Part shown: positions 28,607-38,360 of the stretch, in pieces
How the letters are laid out: each line of letters starts with the position of its first letter
How positions within the stretch are numbered: the stretch's first letter is position 1
Assembly: GCA_951812325.1 (NCBI GenBank)
Contig: OX638294.1
Location: forward strand, 1,138,527-1,202,526
Length of the DNA: 64,000 nt
From: an uncultured Thermoanaerobaculia bacterium
GTDB lineage: Bacteria > Acidobacteriota > Thermoanaerobaculia > Multivoradales > Multivoraceae
Direction: 5' to 3'
Program-made: the position numbers and the translations under genes
The notes under the pieces: model-generated
Database searches by the model: none
Seen by the model: only the letters and a program-made list of their open reading frames with translations
Told to the model about the DNA's origin: nothing

Positions 28607-30060
28607 CATCGGCAATCGTAGCTTGCGAAGCGCCGGGCGACCCATCCGGTTGCACCCGCCACGAAGAGCACCATCCATAGAACGTCTCCCACCGTCTGGT
28701 TCACCAGTTCTCCCGGCGATGGCCGGCGCCAGGCGAACCGCGGCCCCTCGCCGGGCCGTATCGGGAGCGCCGCGTAGGACAGGCCCGTGATCCCGCGCAG
28801 TCGGTATTCCTCGCCCTCCGCGTCCTGGATCAAGGCCATCGCCACGCCTTCGCCCGCTTCATCGCGTCGCTGTCGTCTCTGGTCGATCACGAACTCGGTG
28901 AAGGTCGGCTCGAACCGGTCGACCTGCCGCAGGAACTCCCTCTCGCCGCTCCACCCGGCAAAAGAAAGCCGATCCAGCGAGCGGCGCAGCAGACTGAACG
29001 GCGAGAGAGCGCTGAACTTCTCCGTCCATGTCCGTTGCGCCGCCGACTGGCGCAGATAGTCGCGACGCACTTCCGCCAGGGCTCGCTCCTGCTCCGCCAG
29101 GGCGGCTTCCTGATCCGCCATCATGTCGGCTTCGAGTGACGCGATCCGGGCACGCTTCTGAGCCGGCGAGAGGTCCTCCCTGTTCACGATCCCGGCGAGC
29201 GCCTCAGACGAGACCGAGAGCCGTTCCCGGAACTCCATGGACACGAGCCCGAAGTTCCGCTGCAGTTCGGCCTCCGATTCCAGCGGATGGAGCATCGAGC
29301 CCGCCACCGTGACGCCGGCCGGCACGACCAGCGCCAGAACCGTCCAGGCGCCCAAAGCCCTCTGCAGCGCGGCCGCCGGTCGAGCGACGCTGACCGATGC
29401 GGCCACTCCGAGCAGCACGTTGAACAGGAGAAACACGAGCACCAGCATGACCGCCAGGACAAGGTTCGGAGCTGTCTCGGCGGAAAGGGAGCCGCCCCCG
29501 TCAACCGCGACCACGGCAAGCGAGGCCACCGCACCGAGGACGAAGGAGAGGGCGACGACCAGGAAGCTGCCGGCGATCTTGCTCAGGATGAGCGACATGC
29601 GCCCGATCGGTCTGGCTGTCAACACCCGGAGGGTTCCCTGGGCCTTCTCGCCCGCCACCGCATCGTAGGTCAGAGCCACGGCCATCAGGCTGTATAGAAG
29701 GACGACGACAGCGGCCCAGTCGAGAGGCTGGGCGACGAAGACCCACGACCGCTCGGAAACACCCGGAATGACAGGCGCCGCCAGGTGGGGCCGCAAGACG
29801 GTTGCCTCCGTTCGATCGGCGCCGTCGGCCGAAACGAAACCCAGAGTCGGGTACGGCCGCGGCAGGAGGACCCAGTCCAGATTCGCGTCGCTCTCCGCAG
29901 ACCGGGCGAGACGCGAGTAGGCGGACACCTGCTCCCGCAGGTCGATCTGGTGGATCGTCGCGGCGACGACCATGCACAGGGGGCCCGCCACGACCGCCAG
30001 CAGCAGCCTGTAGCTCTTGAGATGGCGAGTCAGTTCGCCAAGAACCAGGACACGGAACAT
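28606..30060 (-). CDS. ABC-2-type transporter permease with a large extramembrane domain (copy B)
   Basis: 484 aa, paralogue of 21936-23393. Confidence 0.65.
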   Translation of the reverse strand: MFRVLVLGELTRHLKSYRLLLAVVAGPLCMVVAATIHQIDLREQVSAYSRLARSAESDANLDWVLLPRPYPTLGFVSADGADRTEATVLRPHLAAPVIPGVSERSWVFVAQPLDWAAVVVLLYSLMAVALTYDAVAGEKAQGTLRVLTARPIGRMSLILSKIAGSFLVVALSFVLGAVASLAVVAVDGGGSLSAETAPNLVLAVMLVLVFLLFNVLLGVAASVSVARPAAALQRALGAWTVLALVVPAGVTVAGSMLHPLESEAELQRNFGLVSMEFRERLSVSSEALAGIVNREDLSPAQKRARIASLEADMMADQEAALAEQERALAEVRRDYLRQSAAQRTWTEKFSALSPFSLLRRSLDRLSFAGWSGEREFLRQVDRFEPTFTEFVIDQRRQRRDEAGEGVAMALIQDAEGEEYRLRGITGLSYAALPIRPGEGPRFAWRRPSPGELVNQTVGDVLWMVLFVAGATGWVARRFASYDCR

Positions 30061-30066
30061 CGTTCT

Positions 30067-31329
30067 TCAGACCCCCGCCTCGGTCAGGTCCAGCTTCTCG
30101 AAGCCGATCACGCCGCCAACCAGCAGAAGGGTCGTGAAGAGCGAAAGCGCGCCAACCGGGAGTGCCGCGCCACGGAGCGAAGCTTCGACCGGGAGCGGAC
30201 GATACTCCGGCGCCGGCAGACCTCCGATGTCGAGAGCCTCCTGGCCGCTGTGCATCGTGTTCTCGCGCTCAGGGTAGCGCTCCAGTTTCTCCGCCTGCCA
30301 CGCGATGAATCTTCTCTCCACGTCGTCCACATCGGCGAGAAACGCGATGTGGTCATCAACGGATGTCGTGGCCACCAGCCGCGCAGCCTCCTGGAATGCG
30401 GTGACCGGGCCAAGCGAGGCCAACGTCCGGTACCGCATGTACTGCTCGGCCCGCACGTTGCGCCGGGTGCGAATCGCCGCACGCCGAGCGGCCACGTCCC
30501 GGTCGGCCGACGCTGCCGCGGCTTCCAGCGCAGGCGGCGCTGCGCGCGTAGCCGCCCAACCCGCCAGAGGCTGGTAGAGCGCGGCCGAGGACACCCAGAT
30601 CAGGATGCCGACCAGAAGCGACGTCTCCCGCTGCCTGAGGAAGACCGAGAGACACAGGGAAAGAGCCACCCAGAACGCGCCGTAGAGAGTCGCAAGGCCG
30701 AAGAACAGGAGAACCCGAAGCCACTCGCGACCGTCCAGCGAAGGACCAGCCGTGGCCGCCCAGGCCAGAAAGCCGAGGCAGAACAGCAGCAGCGGAATCG
30801 CCACGACGATCAGGCCGCCGAGGAACTCGCCAAGCAGCAGGTGCGGCCTCGGCAGACCGCTTCGGAGCTGGAGCTTGAGCGTACCGGCCCGTCGCTCGCC
30901 GTTGATCACGCCGTGACCGGCGAAGACGCCGGTGAAGCCGAGCACCAGCGCGAAGGTCCAAGCCAGATCCGCGTTCAGTCGCCGCGCCGCACCCGTTCGC
31001 GGCCGGTCGCGCCGCGCAAGCTCGGGCTCGCGATAGCGGCCCCTGATCCTCGCGCTCACGCCGAGATCCTCACCGACCCCTCGGCTGATCAGGCTCAGCG
31101 GCGTCGGCGGCCGCTCGAAACCGATCTCCACGCCGACGTACACCGTGGCGTCCTCCGCCTTCACCCGCTGAGCGATCCGGTTGCCTTCGAACAGATCAAC
31201 GCGCTCCCCGTAGCCGATCCACCCGACCCAGACCGTAGCCGCCGCCAGCGCAGCGCCCACGGCCCAGGCGCCAAGCAGCCAGCCGCTCCGGGCACTGAGA
31301 CGGCAGCGCTTCAGCGCGATTCTCAGCAT
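30067..31329 (-). CDS. ABC-2-type transporter permease (copy B, second permease)
   Basis: 420 aa, paralogue of 23420-24676. Confidence 0.65.
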   Translation of the reverse strand: MLRIALKRCRLSARSGWLLGAWAVGAALAAATVWVGWIGYGERVDLFEGNRIAQRVKAEDATVYVGVEIGFERPPTPLSLISRGVGEDLGVSARIRGRYREPELARRDRPRTGAARRLNADLAWTFALVLGFTGVFAGHGVINGERRAGTLKLQLRSGLPRPHLLLGEFLGGLIVVAIPLLLFCLGFLAWAATAGPSLDGREWLRVLLFFGLATLYGAFWVALSLCLSVFLRQRETSLLVGILIWVSSAALYQPLAGWAATRAAPPALEAAAASADRDVAARRAAIRTRRNVRAEQYMRYRTLASLGPVTAFQEAARLVATTSVDDHIAFLADVDDVERRFIAWQAEKLERYPERENTMHSGQEALDIGGLPAPEYRPLPVEASLRGAALPVGALSLFTTLLLVGGVIGFEKLDLTEAGV

Positions 31330-31753
31330 TCGCGTTCTTCCAGCAAGTCAGGGCGAAAGGCGCGATGGCCCTTTGGCGTCTCCTCCCTGGAGGTTGTCGT
31401 CAATGGAGGTGGATACAACCGCACACGGTTGGCTTTGCCTGGCGCCGCCGCCTTGCGAGCTGGCGAGTCCGCTGAATCGATCAGCGAGTCCGTCAGCGCG
31501 TTCCGCGTGTTGGGCATCGGTCACAAGAAACAGGCTAGCCGAGCGCCGCAGTCGGCAATAGGGCCCTCAGACGACCAAAACCGGACACCAGAGAACCAGA
31601 AACGGCCAATCCGGTACCCGGCGCCGGTTTGCTGGCCGAACCACCCGGACCGTTTCCGCCGCCGCGGCGCCGACCGTGACGCCCATCGCTCCGGGATGGA
31701 GCAAACCGAGAGTGGCGATGGTCAAGGGATCGCCTGTCGCCGTTCGGCCGGCG

Positions 31754-32752
31754 TCAGCCGCCCGACGTCCCCGCCGCCCTGGCGGCCGCCTCGGCTTCCG
31801 CGTCCTCCGCCCGGGCGCCGCGAAGCAGGTTCAACATGCCGTAGTTCCCCTCGTGGCAGGCGTACTCGAACATCGGCAACGGGTTCCTCGTCATCGGCAC
31901 GACGGCCGTCCACCGTCCGGTGAAGGACTCCGGATCGTCGATCGTGTACTCGTAGACGAGCCGGTCCTGCTCCACGCGGGTGAACCTCTCGGTCAGGCGC
32001 ATGTTCGGGCCCGAACCCCGGAAGCTCGTCTGGTCGGTGAAGTTCGTCGTCACGACGACCAGGGTGTCCCCTTCCCAGTGGCCTCGCGAGTCGCCCCGCC
32101 ACTGGCGGACGTCCTCGGGCAGCGGGGAGCGTCCGTCGAGCGGCACGATGCGCGAGTCGTGCACCATCTCGACCAGCAGCGCGACCGTCTCCTCGGTCTG
32201 GAAGATCTGGACGTTGTTGTTGTACGCACTCGGACTCATCGGCGGCCCGGCGTTGAAGCCCAGGATGCACCGTTCGGCGACGCCGCGGTCCTCGGGCCCG
32301 TGGGCGGGTCGGCGGCGCGCCGCGGTGCGCTCGGCAACCCGTTGCTTCGCCGCCTGGGTCAGCTCGGGAATCCGGCCGTCCGGCGGATCGACGACGAGCG
32401 ATGTGCGCCGATCCTCGGTCAGCTTGTCCCCGTAGTCCCACCAGAACTGGTTGTAGGCGTTCGCCACGTCCGCCTGAGCCGAGAGACCGTCCTCGGTGCG
32501 CCGGTCCTTGTTTCGCCGCGCCAGCGTCCGCTGCTCGAACTCCGCCGCCTCTTCGCCGCTGAACCGCTCCTGCTCGCCCAGCTCCTCCGGACGCTCGAGC
32601 GGCGTGATCGTCCGGAAGTCCCAGACCCCGCGCAGGTCGGGCGCGCCCCAGGGAGTGCGATCAAGCTCCGGCGCGCCTTGTTGCGCGGCGAGGGGAGTTC
32701 CAGCCAACACGACGATGGCGAACACTGCGATCGGCGTCTTGCGTTTGCCCAT
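31754..32752 (-). CDS. Secreted protein of unknown function (paralogue family A, member 3)
   Basis: Signal peptide. GHWEGDTLVVVTTNF, LVYEYTIDDP and FEYACHEGNY motifs are shared with 3740-4825. Confidence 0.6.
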   Translation of the reverse strand: MGKRKTPIAVFAIVVLAGTPLAAQQGAPELDRTPWGAPDLRGVWDFRTITPLERPEELGEQERFSGEEAAEFEQRTLARRNKDRRTEDGLSAQADVANAYNQFWWDYGDKLTEDRRTSLVVDPPDGRIPELTQAAKQRVAERTAARRRPAHGPEDRGVAERCILGFNAGPPMSPSAYNNNVQIFQTEETVALLVEMVHDSRIVPLDGRSPLPEDVRQWRGDSRGHWEGDTLVVVTTNFTDQTSFRGSGPNMRLTERFTRVEQDRLVYEYTIDDPESFTGRWTAVVPMTRNPLPMFEYACHEGNYGMLNLLRGARAEDAEAEAAARAAGTSGG

Positions 32753-32783
32753 GCGAGTCCCTCCCTCTTGGCCTGGCCCGAGT

Positions 32784-34160
32784 CTACCCGGCGGACGGCG
32801 GCTCGCCCGTCAGCAGGGACCGGTCCGGCGGCCGGCAGAACCAGATCGACGCCGCGCCCAGGACCGCCAGGGCAGCGAGGGTCCAGAGCGTGCCGGCATA
32901 GGAACCCGTTCGATCCGCCGCGGCGCCGGCCAGGGCCGGCCCGAGAGCGCCGATCACGCCGATCAGGGCGAGCCGGACGCCGGTCGTGCCGACGAACGCC
33001 GCCCGCCCGAAGAACCAGCCGAACACGACGACTTCACTCGTGTAGGCCGCGCCGTAGGCAGCGCCGATCACGACCACGCAGGAATACGCGACGACCGCGG
33101 AGGTCGCCGACACGAAGACCAACAGACCGACAGCGTTGACCAGCAGGGCCAGCGCGAGGACCCGCGTCGGCGCGATGAAGTCGCCCAGCGAGCCGCTCAG
33201 CCGGCCGAACAGACTGGCGCCCACCCGGAAGCCCAGGATGCTCGACACGGCCAACGTGGTGAAGCCGAGGTCTTCCAGATGGAGGCCGCCGTGAGCGGTT
33301 ACGACTCGCCACGGCACGGTGTTCGCCGCCGTCGCGAAGGTGGCGATCCAGAACTGGGGAGTGCGCAGAGCGCGCAGGACGGCGCCCTTCGGCGCCGACT
33401 TGTCGGCCGCTTCGCCGCGGCTCCCCACCGGCCGCGCCCCTGCCCGCCGACCCGGACCGCCAAAGTCGCCGGGTGCGCCGGCCATCTGGCCGGCTTCCGC
33501 GAAGGAATGCGCCGCATCCGGACCGCCGGCCTCGACCGGCGCCAGTCCGTCGCGACGCTGGCCGATGTCGCCAGGCTGGTTGCGGATGAAGAGCACGGCG
33601 ATCACCGCGACGAACAGCGAGATCCCGGCGACGATCTGCCAGCCGACCCGCCAGTCCCACGATTCAAGGACGAGCCCGGCCGCCGGCGACCACAGAAAGC
33701 CGACGATCGCGGCGCCGGTCAGGATGATCGCCGTCGCCCGCGCCCGATACCTGCGAAACCAGAACACCGGTATCGCCTGGGCGGGCAGCAGCGTCGAGAA
33801 ACCGATCCCGATGCCGCCGACGAGCGAGTAGCCGACGTAGAGCTCGGCCGCGCTCTCCGCCTGGCTCACCAGCCAGAAGCCGCTGGCGGCGCACAGCGCG
33901 CCCGCGGTCACCGTGGCCCGGATGCCCCAGCGGCGGATGACCGCCGCCGCAACCGGACTGACCAGGCCGTAGGCGAAGGTGAACGCCCCGAACATCTGGC
34001 CGATCTGCTGGCGGGTCAGCTCCAGATCGGCGATCAGCGAGGAGGCGAAGATGCCCAGGCCGTAGTAAGCCGGGGCGATTCCCAGGCCGTAGGTCACAAA
34101 ACCCACGGCGACCATCGGCCAGCCGTAGAACCTCCGCCCTGATCCGGGCGAAACGGTCAA
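32784..34160 (-). CDS. MFS transporter
   Basis: 458 aa with a 12-TM pattern and a cytoplasmic loop in the middle. Typical MFS organisation. Confidence 0.75.
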   Translation of the reverse strand: MTVSPGSGRRFYGWPMVAVGFVTYGLGIAPAYYGLGIFASSLIADLELTRQQIGQMFGAFTFAYGLVSPVAAAVIRRWGIRATVTAGALCAASGFWLVSQAESAAELYVGYSLVGGIGIGFSTLLPAQAIPVFWFRRYRARATAIILTGAAIVGFLWSPAAGLVLESWDWRVGWQIVAGISLFVAVIAVLFIRNQPGDIGQRRDGLAPVEAGGPDAAHSFAEAGQMAGAPGDFGGPGRRAGARPVGSRGEAADKSAPKGAVLRALRTPQFWIATFATAANTVPWRVVTAHGGLHLEDLGFTTLAVSSILGFRVGASLFGRLSGSLGDFIAPTRVLALALLVNAVGLLVFVSATSAVVAYSCVVVIGAAYGAAYTSEVVVFGWFFGRAAFVGTTGVRLALIGVIGALGPALAGAAADRTGSYAGTLWTLAALAVLGAASIWFCRPPDRSLLTGEPPSAG

Positions 34161-35197
34161 ACCGCCAGGTCCCCGGCCTGGCCGGCGCCGGCGGCGGGCG
34201 GCGAAGAATCAGGGTACAGGTGGCAGGCGACGCGGGCCGGGCCGACCGCCTCGAGCAGAGGCTCCACGCGATTGCAGTGGTCGAGCGCCTTCGAACAGCG
34301 CGGGTGGAAGCGGCAGCCGGACGGCGGGTTGCGGACGCTCGGCACTTCACCGGCGATCAGGTGGTGCGCCCTCGCCGCCTCGACCACCGGATCCGGCGTC
34401 GGTACGGAGGCCAGGAGCGCCTCGGTGTACGGATGCCTCGGCCGCTCGAACAGCTCGTCCCGCGTCGCGATCTCGACGATCCGACCGAGGTACATCACCC
34501 CGACCCGGTCGCTGATGTGGCGCACGACGGACAGGTCGTGGGCGATGAACAGGTAGGTGAGACCCAGCTTCGCCTGCAGGTCCATCAGCAGGTTGAGCAC
34601 CTGCGCCTGAATCGAGACGTCGAGCGCCGACACCGCCTCGTCGCAGATCAGCAGATCCGGCTCGAGCGCCAGAGCCCGGGCGATGCCGATCCGCTGGCGC
34701 TGGCCGCCCGAGAACTGGTGCGGGTAGCGGTTGGCCATCGACGGCAGCAGGCCGACCAGGTCGAGCAGTTCCGCGACCCGCTCCCGGAAGCGGCGGCGAC
34801 TCCCCGCCACGCGGTGGACCTTGAGCGGTTCGCCGACGATCTCCCGCACCCGCATCCGCGGATTGAGCGACCCGAACGGATCCTGGAAGACCATCTGCAT
34901 CCGCCGGCGAAGCGGCCGCAGCCGGCGCTGGCTGGCCTCCGAGATGTCCTCGCCGTCGAAGACGATGCGGCCGGCCGTCGGTTCCAGCATGCGCAGGATC
35001 GCCAGCGCCGTCGTCGACTTGCCGCAACCGCTCTCCCCCACCAGGCCGAAGGTCTCGCCGCGCCTGAGATCGAACGACACCCCGTCGACCGCCTTGACGG
35101 ATCCCGTCCGCCGCCGCATCAGCACCCCTTCGGTGACCGGGAAGTGGACCTTGAGATCCTCGACGCGAAGCAGCACCCGGTTGGCGGCTGAACTCAC
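34157..35197 (-). CDS. oppF: Oligopeptide/dipeptide ABC transporter ATP-binding protein OppF/DppF-like
   Basis: [14 protein letters not shown].., Walker [18 protein letters not shown], and a C-terminal oligopeptide-ABC domain (CRFHPRC). The start is the GTG that overlaps a TGA inside repeat copy 1. The ORF track's longer N-terminus (to 35689) is frame-incompatible junk. Confidence 0.8.
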   Translation of the reverse strand: MSSAANRVLLRVEDLKVHFPVTEGVLMRRRTGSVKAVDGVSFDLRRGETFGLVGESGCGKSTTALAILRMLEPTAGRIVFDGEDISEASQRRLRPLRRRMQMVFQDPFGSLNPRMRVREIVGEPLKVHRVAGSRRRFRERVAELLDLVGLLPSMANRYPHQFSGGQRQRIGIARALALEPDLLICDEAVSALDVSIQAQVLNLLMDLQAKLGLTYLFIAHDLSVVRHISDRVGVMYLGRIVEIATRDELFERPRHPYTEALLASVPTPDPVVEAARAHHLIAGEVPSVRNPPSGCRFHPRCSKALDHCNRVEPLLEAVGPARVACHLYPDSSPPAAGAGQAGDLAV

Positions 35198-35534
35198 GGC
35201 GCGGATTCCGCCTCGTAGCCGTAACAGGCCCAGGCCCGCGAGCCGGCGGCGGCTTCGAGCGACGGCGGCGCCGCCAGGCAGCGATCGTGCGTGTACGGAC
35301 AGCGCGGCGCGAAGGCGCATCCCGCGGGCAGCGCGGCGAGGTCCGGCGGTTGACCCTCGGCGGCTGAACTCACGGCGCGGATTCCCCCTCGTAGCCGTAA
35401 CAGGCCCAGGCCCGCGAGCCGGCGGCGGCTTCGAGCGACGGCGGCGCCGCCAGGCAGCGATCGTGCGTGTAGGGACAGCGCGGCGCGAAGGCGCACCCCG
35501 CGGGCAGCGCGGCGAGGTCGGGCGGTTGACCCTC
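35183..35534. repeat. Tandem direct duplication, 2 x 176 bp (about 97% identical), spanning the oppD 3' end and the oppF start junction
   Basis: GGCGGCTGAACTCACGGCGCGGATTCC... occurs at about 35183 and again at about 35359. The copies differ at only about 5 positions. Copy 2 holds the true oppD C-terminus. Copy 1 holds a duplicate 57-aa C-terminal fragment plus the oppF GTG start. Confidence 0.85.
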
Positions 35535-36362
35535 GATCGAGTCGAGGCGGCCGCCGCATTCACCCTCCAGGCGCGGCACGGAGCGAAGCAGCCCCTGGGT
35601 GTAGGGGTGGCGCGGGTCGGCATAGAGGGCCGCCGCGGGCCCGCTCTCCACGATCCGGCCGCCGTACATGACCGCCACCCGGTCGGCATAGCGGGCGACC
35701 ACGCCGAGGTCGTGGGTGATCAGGATGAGCGCCGAATCCGCCTCCCGGGTGCGCTCCTTGAGCAGTTCCAGGATCTGCGCCTGCACCGTCACGTCGAGCG
35801 CCGTCGTCGGCTCGTCGGCGATCAGCAGGCGCGGATGGCAGGCGAGCGCCATCGCGATCATCACCCGCTGGCGCATGCCGCCCGAGAACTGGTGGGGATA
35901 GTCGCCAAGCCGCTTCGCGGCATCGGGAATGGCCACCGACTCAAGGTGTTCCACCGCCTGTTCGAGCGCCTCCCTCCGGCTGAGCCCGCGGTGCAGTCTC
36001 AGCGGCTCGGCGACCTGCCGGCCGATCGTCAGCACCGGATTGAGCGAGGACATCGGCTCCTGGAAGATCATCGCGATGCGGTTGCCCCGCACCGACCGGA
36101 TGCCGGCATCGTCGAGCGCGAGAAGGTCCTGACCCTCGAACAGGATCCTGCCGTTCTCGATTTGTCCCGGGTCGGGAATCAGCCGCAGGATGGAGAGCGC
36201 CGACACGCTCTTGCCCGAGCCGCTTTCGCCGACGATCGCCAGCGTCTCGCCCGGCGCGACCTCGAGCGACAGCGACGTCACCGCCCTGACCTTCGGCCGG
36301 TTGCCGAACCCGCCGCGGAAGGTGACGTCCAGATTCTCGATCCGGAGCAGAGGTTCCGTCAC
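35370..36362 (-). CDS. oppD: Oligopeptide/dipeptide ABC transporter ATP-binding protein OppD/DppD-like
   Basis: [38 protein letters not shown]..; C-terminal CAFAPRCPY motif. Confidence 0.85.
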   Translation of the reverse strand: MTEPLLRIENLDVTFRGGFGNRPKVRAVTSLSLEVAPGETLAIVGESGSGKSVSALSILRLIPDPGQIENGRILFEGQDLLALDDAGIRSVRGNRIAMIFQEPMSSLNPVLTIGRQVAEPLRLHRGLSRREALEQAVEHLESVAIPDAAKRLGDYPHQFSGGMRQRVMIAMALACHPRLLIADEPTTALDVTVQAQILELLKERTREADSALILITHDLGVVARYADRVAVMYGGRIVESGPAAALYADPRHPYTQGLLRSVPRLEGECGGRLDSIEGQPPDLAALPAGCAFAPRCPYTHDRCLAAPPSLEAAAGSRAWACYGYEGESAP

Positions 36363-36398
36363 GACGGGTCAGCCGCCCTCACCGGAAGCAGGCCGCCA

Positions 36399-36479
36399 GG
36401 CAGCCCGTGGCAGAAGTCGCGCTGCATTCGAGCGGCCAAGCATCCCGCCCGGCATCGTTGCTCCTCGGTCGAACATGGC
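36399..36479. repeat. About 80-bp conserved element (copy 1), in the oppA-oppD intergenic spacer
   Basis: GGCAGCCCGTGGCAGAAGTCGCGCTGCATTCGAGCGGCCAAGCATCCCGCCCGGCATCGTTGCTCCTCGGTCGAACATGGC is nearly identical to 40444-40524. Confidence 0.8.
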
Positions 36480-36496
36480 CGGGCGCCCCGCCGCCA

Positions 36497-38356
36497 TCAG
36501 AAGCCCATCTCCCGCTTCAACTCCTGATCGATCCAGAGCCGCGCGTAAATCGGACCGGGACGCACCGCCCCGGCCCGCAGCTCGCCGCCGTAGTTCTTCA
36601 CCCACGGCCACCAGGCGGTGTAGAGGTAGGGCACGGGCAGCCACAGGTACGGGGCCTCGTCGAGCATCTCCTTCGTGATCTGCTTGACGATCCGCTGCCG
36701 TTCGACTTCGTCCCGAGTCAGGAACATCTCGTGGATCCGGCGGTCGAGTTCCGGGTCCGACCACATCGACGGATTCCAGGTCTGTCCGGTGACGAAGTTC
36801 TTGCGCAGCGTGGTCGTCGGATTCACGTGGCCGCTGCCCATCAGGTAGCCGGGCCCGTGGGTGCGGGTGGTCATCATGGACAGGTAGGCCGCGTACTCCA
36901 TCACCTCGATCTCGATCGTCACCCCGATCCGGTCCAGGTAGCTGGCCAGCAGCGGCGCCAGCTCCATCCGCATCGAGTTGTTGGCCGACACCTGCATCCT
37001 GAAGGTGAAGCCGTCGGGGTAGCCCGCCTCGGCGAGCAGGCGGCGCGCCTTCTCGGGCTTGTACTCGAACAGTTCCTGCACGGAAGGCGGCATCGCCTCG
37101 AGCGGCTCGAAGTAGCCCTCGAACGAGGGGTGCTGCGGATAGGCGAACAGCTCGGCGTTGCCGCCGAAGAACAGGTCGACGATCTCCCGCTGGTTCACCG
37201 CCAGGTTCATCGCCCGCCGCACTCTGACGTCGTCGAACGGCGCCTGGTCGACCCGCATGACCATGAAGGTGCCGCCGGTCGAGAGCCACCGTGACCAGCG
37301 CAGTTCAGGCGTCGTCTTCTTCAGATGATCGACGGCGATCCAGCGGATGTACTCGAGGATGTCCAGCTTCCCCGTGCGAATGGCCGTCAGGTAGGTCGCC
37401 TCGTCCTTGATCGTGCGGTACGTGAGTTCGTCGATGAAGGGGATCTCGTAACTCTCCCCGCCGATCGTCGTCCGATCCCAGTAGTCCGGCCGGCGGAGGT
37501 AGGTCTGCGAGTTGCCGGCAATGAACCGCTCCAGCGTGAAGGGACCGGAACCCGTCAGGTTGCGCCAGTCCTTCGGGTCCACGTCGCCAAGTTCGCGCGG
37601 CACGATGCCGGAGAAATAGCCGTAGCCGAACCGGTAGTCCCACTCGGCGTTGAACTCGCCGAACTCGAAGACGACCGTGTGGTCGTCGCGAGCCGCCACG
37701 CGGTCGATGTGGTCGAAGTAGGTCGGGATCGCCTTCGGACTGTCCCGCTGACGCTCGAAGCTGAAGACGACGTCGTGGGCGTCGAACTCGCGCGACTTCA
37801 TCACGCCTGGCTTGTCCGGGAACATGACGCCCCGCCGAAGCCGGATCGCCAGCGTCAACGGATCTTCCCATTCCCAGCTCTCGGCCAGCTCGCCGCGAAT
37901 CGTCTCGGCGGAAAGGTACGCCTCGGAAACGAAGCGCTGGTCACCGCCCCGGACCGCCGCCTGTTTAAGGTCGCCCACGAAGAGCTGCTCGTAGAGCATC
38001 CCCGTGTCGTGGTTCTGCTTCCAGTTCCAGTCCGTCGTGTCCCACGACAGCGCCGACAGCGTGACGTAGACCGTGCCGACGTTCAGTTCGCCGCCGTAGC
38101 GGGGCGGCTCCACCGGCGCCCGGCCCGACTCGAACGCCAGGTCGGCTCCCATGTCCGTGCCGCCGGGCGGCAACGCGGAACGGGCGGGGAGCGCTTCGCC
38201 GCACCCGCCGAGCAGGAGAGCCAGGGCTGCCGCGCAGAGCAGGGGAAGGGCGGCCCCGACCTCCCCGGCCAGCCCGACAACGCCCGAGGAGCGGGCGCGC
38301 CGGCAGCGCCGGTGGTGGGTTCCGATAGCCGCCGCGGCGGCGGAAAATCCCTGCAT
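36497..38356 (-). CDS. oppA: ABC transporter substrate-binding protein, family 5 (peptide/nickel/opine type)
   Basis: 619 aa. Lipoprotein-type signal (LLLGGCGE). SBP_bac_5 architecture. Confidence 0.8.
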   Translation of the reverse strand: MQGFSAAAAAIGTHHRRCRRARSSGVVGLAGEVGAALPLLCAAALALLLGGCGEALPARSALPPGGTDMGADLAFESGRAPVEPPRYGGELNVGTVYVTLSALSWDTTDWNWKQNHDTGMLYEQLFVGDLKQAAVRGGDQRFVSEAYLSAETIRGELAESWEWEDPLTLAIRLRRGVMFPDKPGVMKSREFDAHDVVFSFERQRDSPKAIPTYFDHIDRVAARDDHTVVFEFGEFNAEWDYRFGYGYFSGIVPRELGDVDPKDWRNLTGSGPFTLERFIAGNSQTYLRRPDYWDRTTIGGESYEIPFIDELTYRTIKDEATYLTAIRTGKLDILEYIRWIAVDHLKKTTPELRWSRWLSTGGTFMVMRVDQAPFDDVRVRRAMNLAVNQREIVDLFFGGNAELFAYPQHPSFEGYFEPLEAMPPSVQELFEYKPEKARRLLAEAGYPDGFTFRMQVSANNSMRMELAPLLASYLDRIGVTIEIEVMEYAAYLSMMTTRTHGPGYLMGSGHVNPTTTLRKNFVTGQTWNPSMWSDPELDRRIHEMFLTRDEVERQRIVKQITKEMLDEAPYLWLPVPYLYTAWWPWVKNYGGELRAGAVRPGPIYARLWIDQELKREMGF

Positions 38357-38360
38357 GACG

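Noticed and set aside
29785-31923. 712-aa ORF on the plus strand
   Set aside because: Antisense to the two copy-B permease genes, Arg-rich low complexity. The minus-strand genes have paralogues in copy A supporting them.
35194-35559. 121-aa ORF resembling the OppD C-terminus
   Set aside because: It is produced by the 176-bp tandem duplication. Only its last about 57 residues are OppD-like, and it has no ATPase domain. It is a duplication ghost, not a gene.
34157-35689. Long 510-aa version of the oppF ORF
   Set aside because: Its first about 160 residues are Arg/Pro-rich read-through of the duplicated region and the oppD 3' end. Real oppF begins at the GTG overlapping the TGA in repeat copy 1 (about 35197).
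36369-37289. 306-aa minus-strand ORF and 295-aa plus-strand ORF inside the oppA region
   Set aside because: These are alternative frames of the substrate-binding-protein gene. The SBP frame (36497-38356) has the lipoprotein signal and family-5 SBP features. The others also run through the 80-bp repeat.
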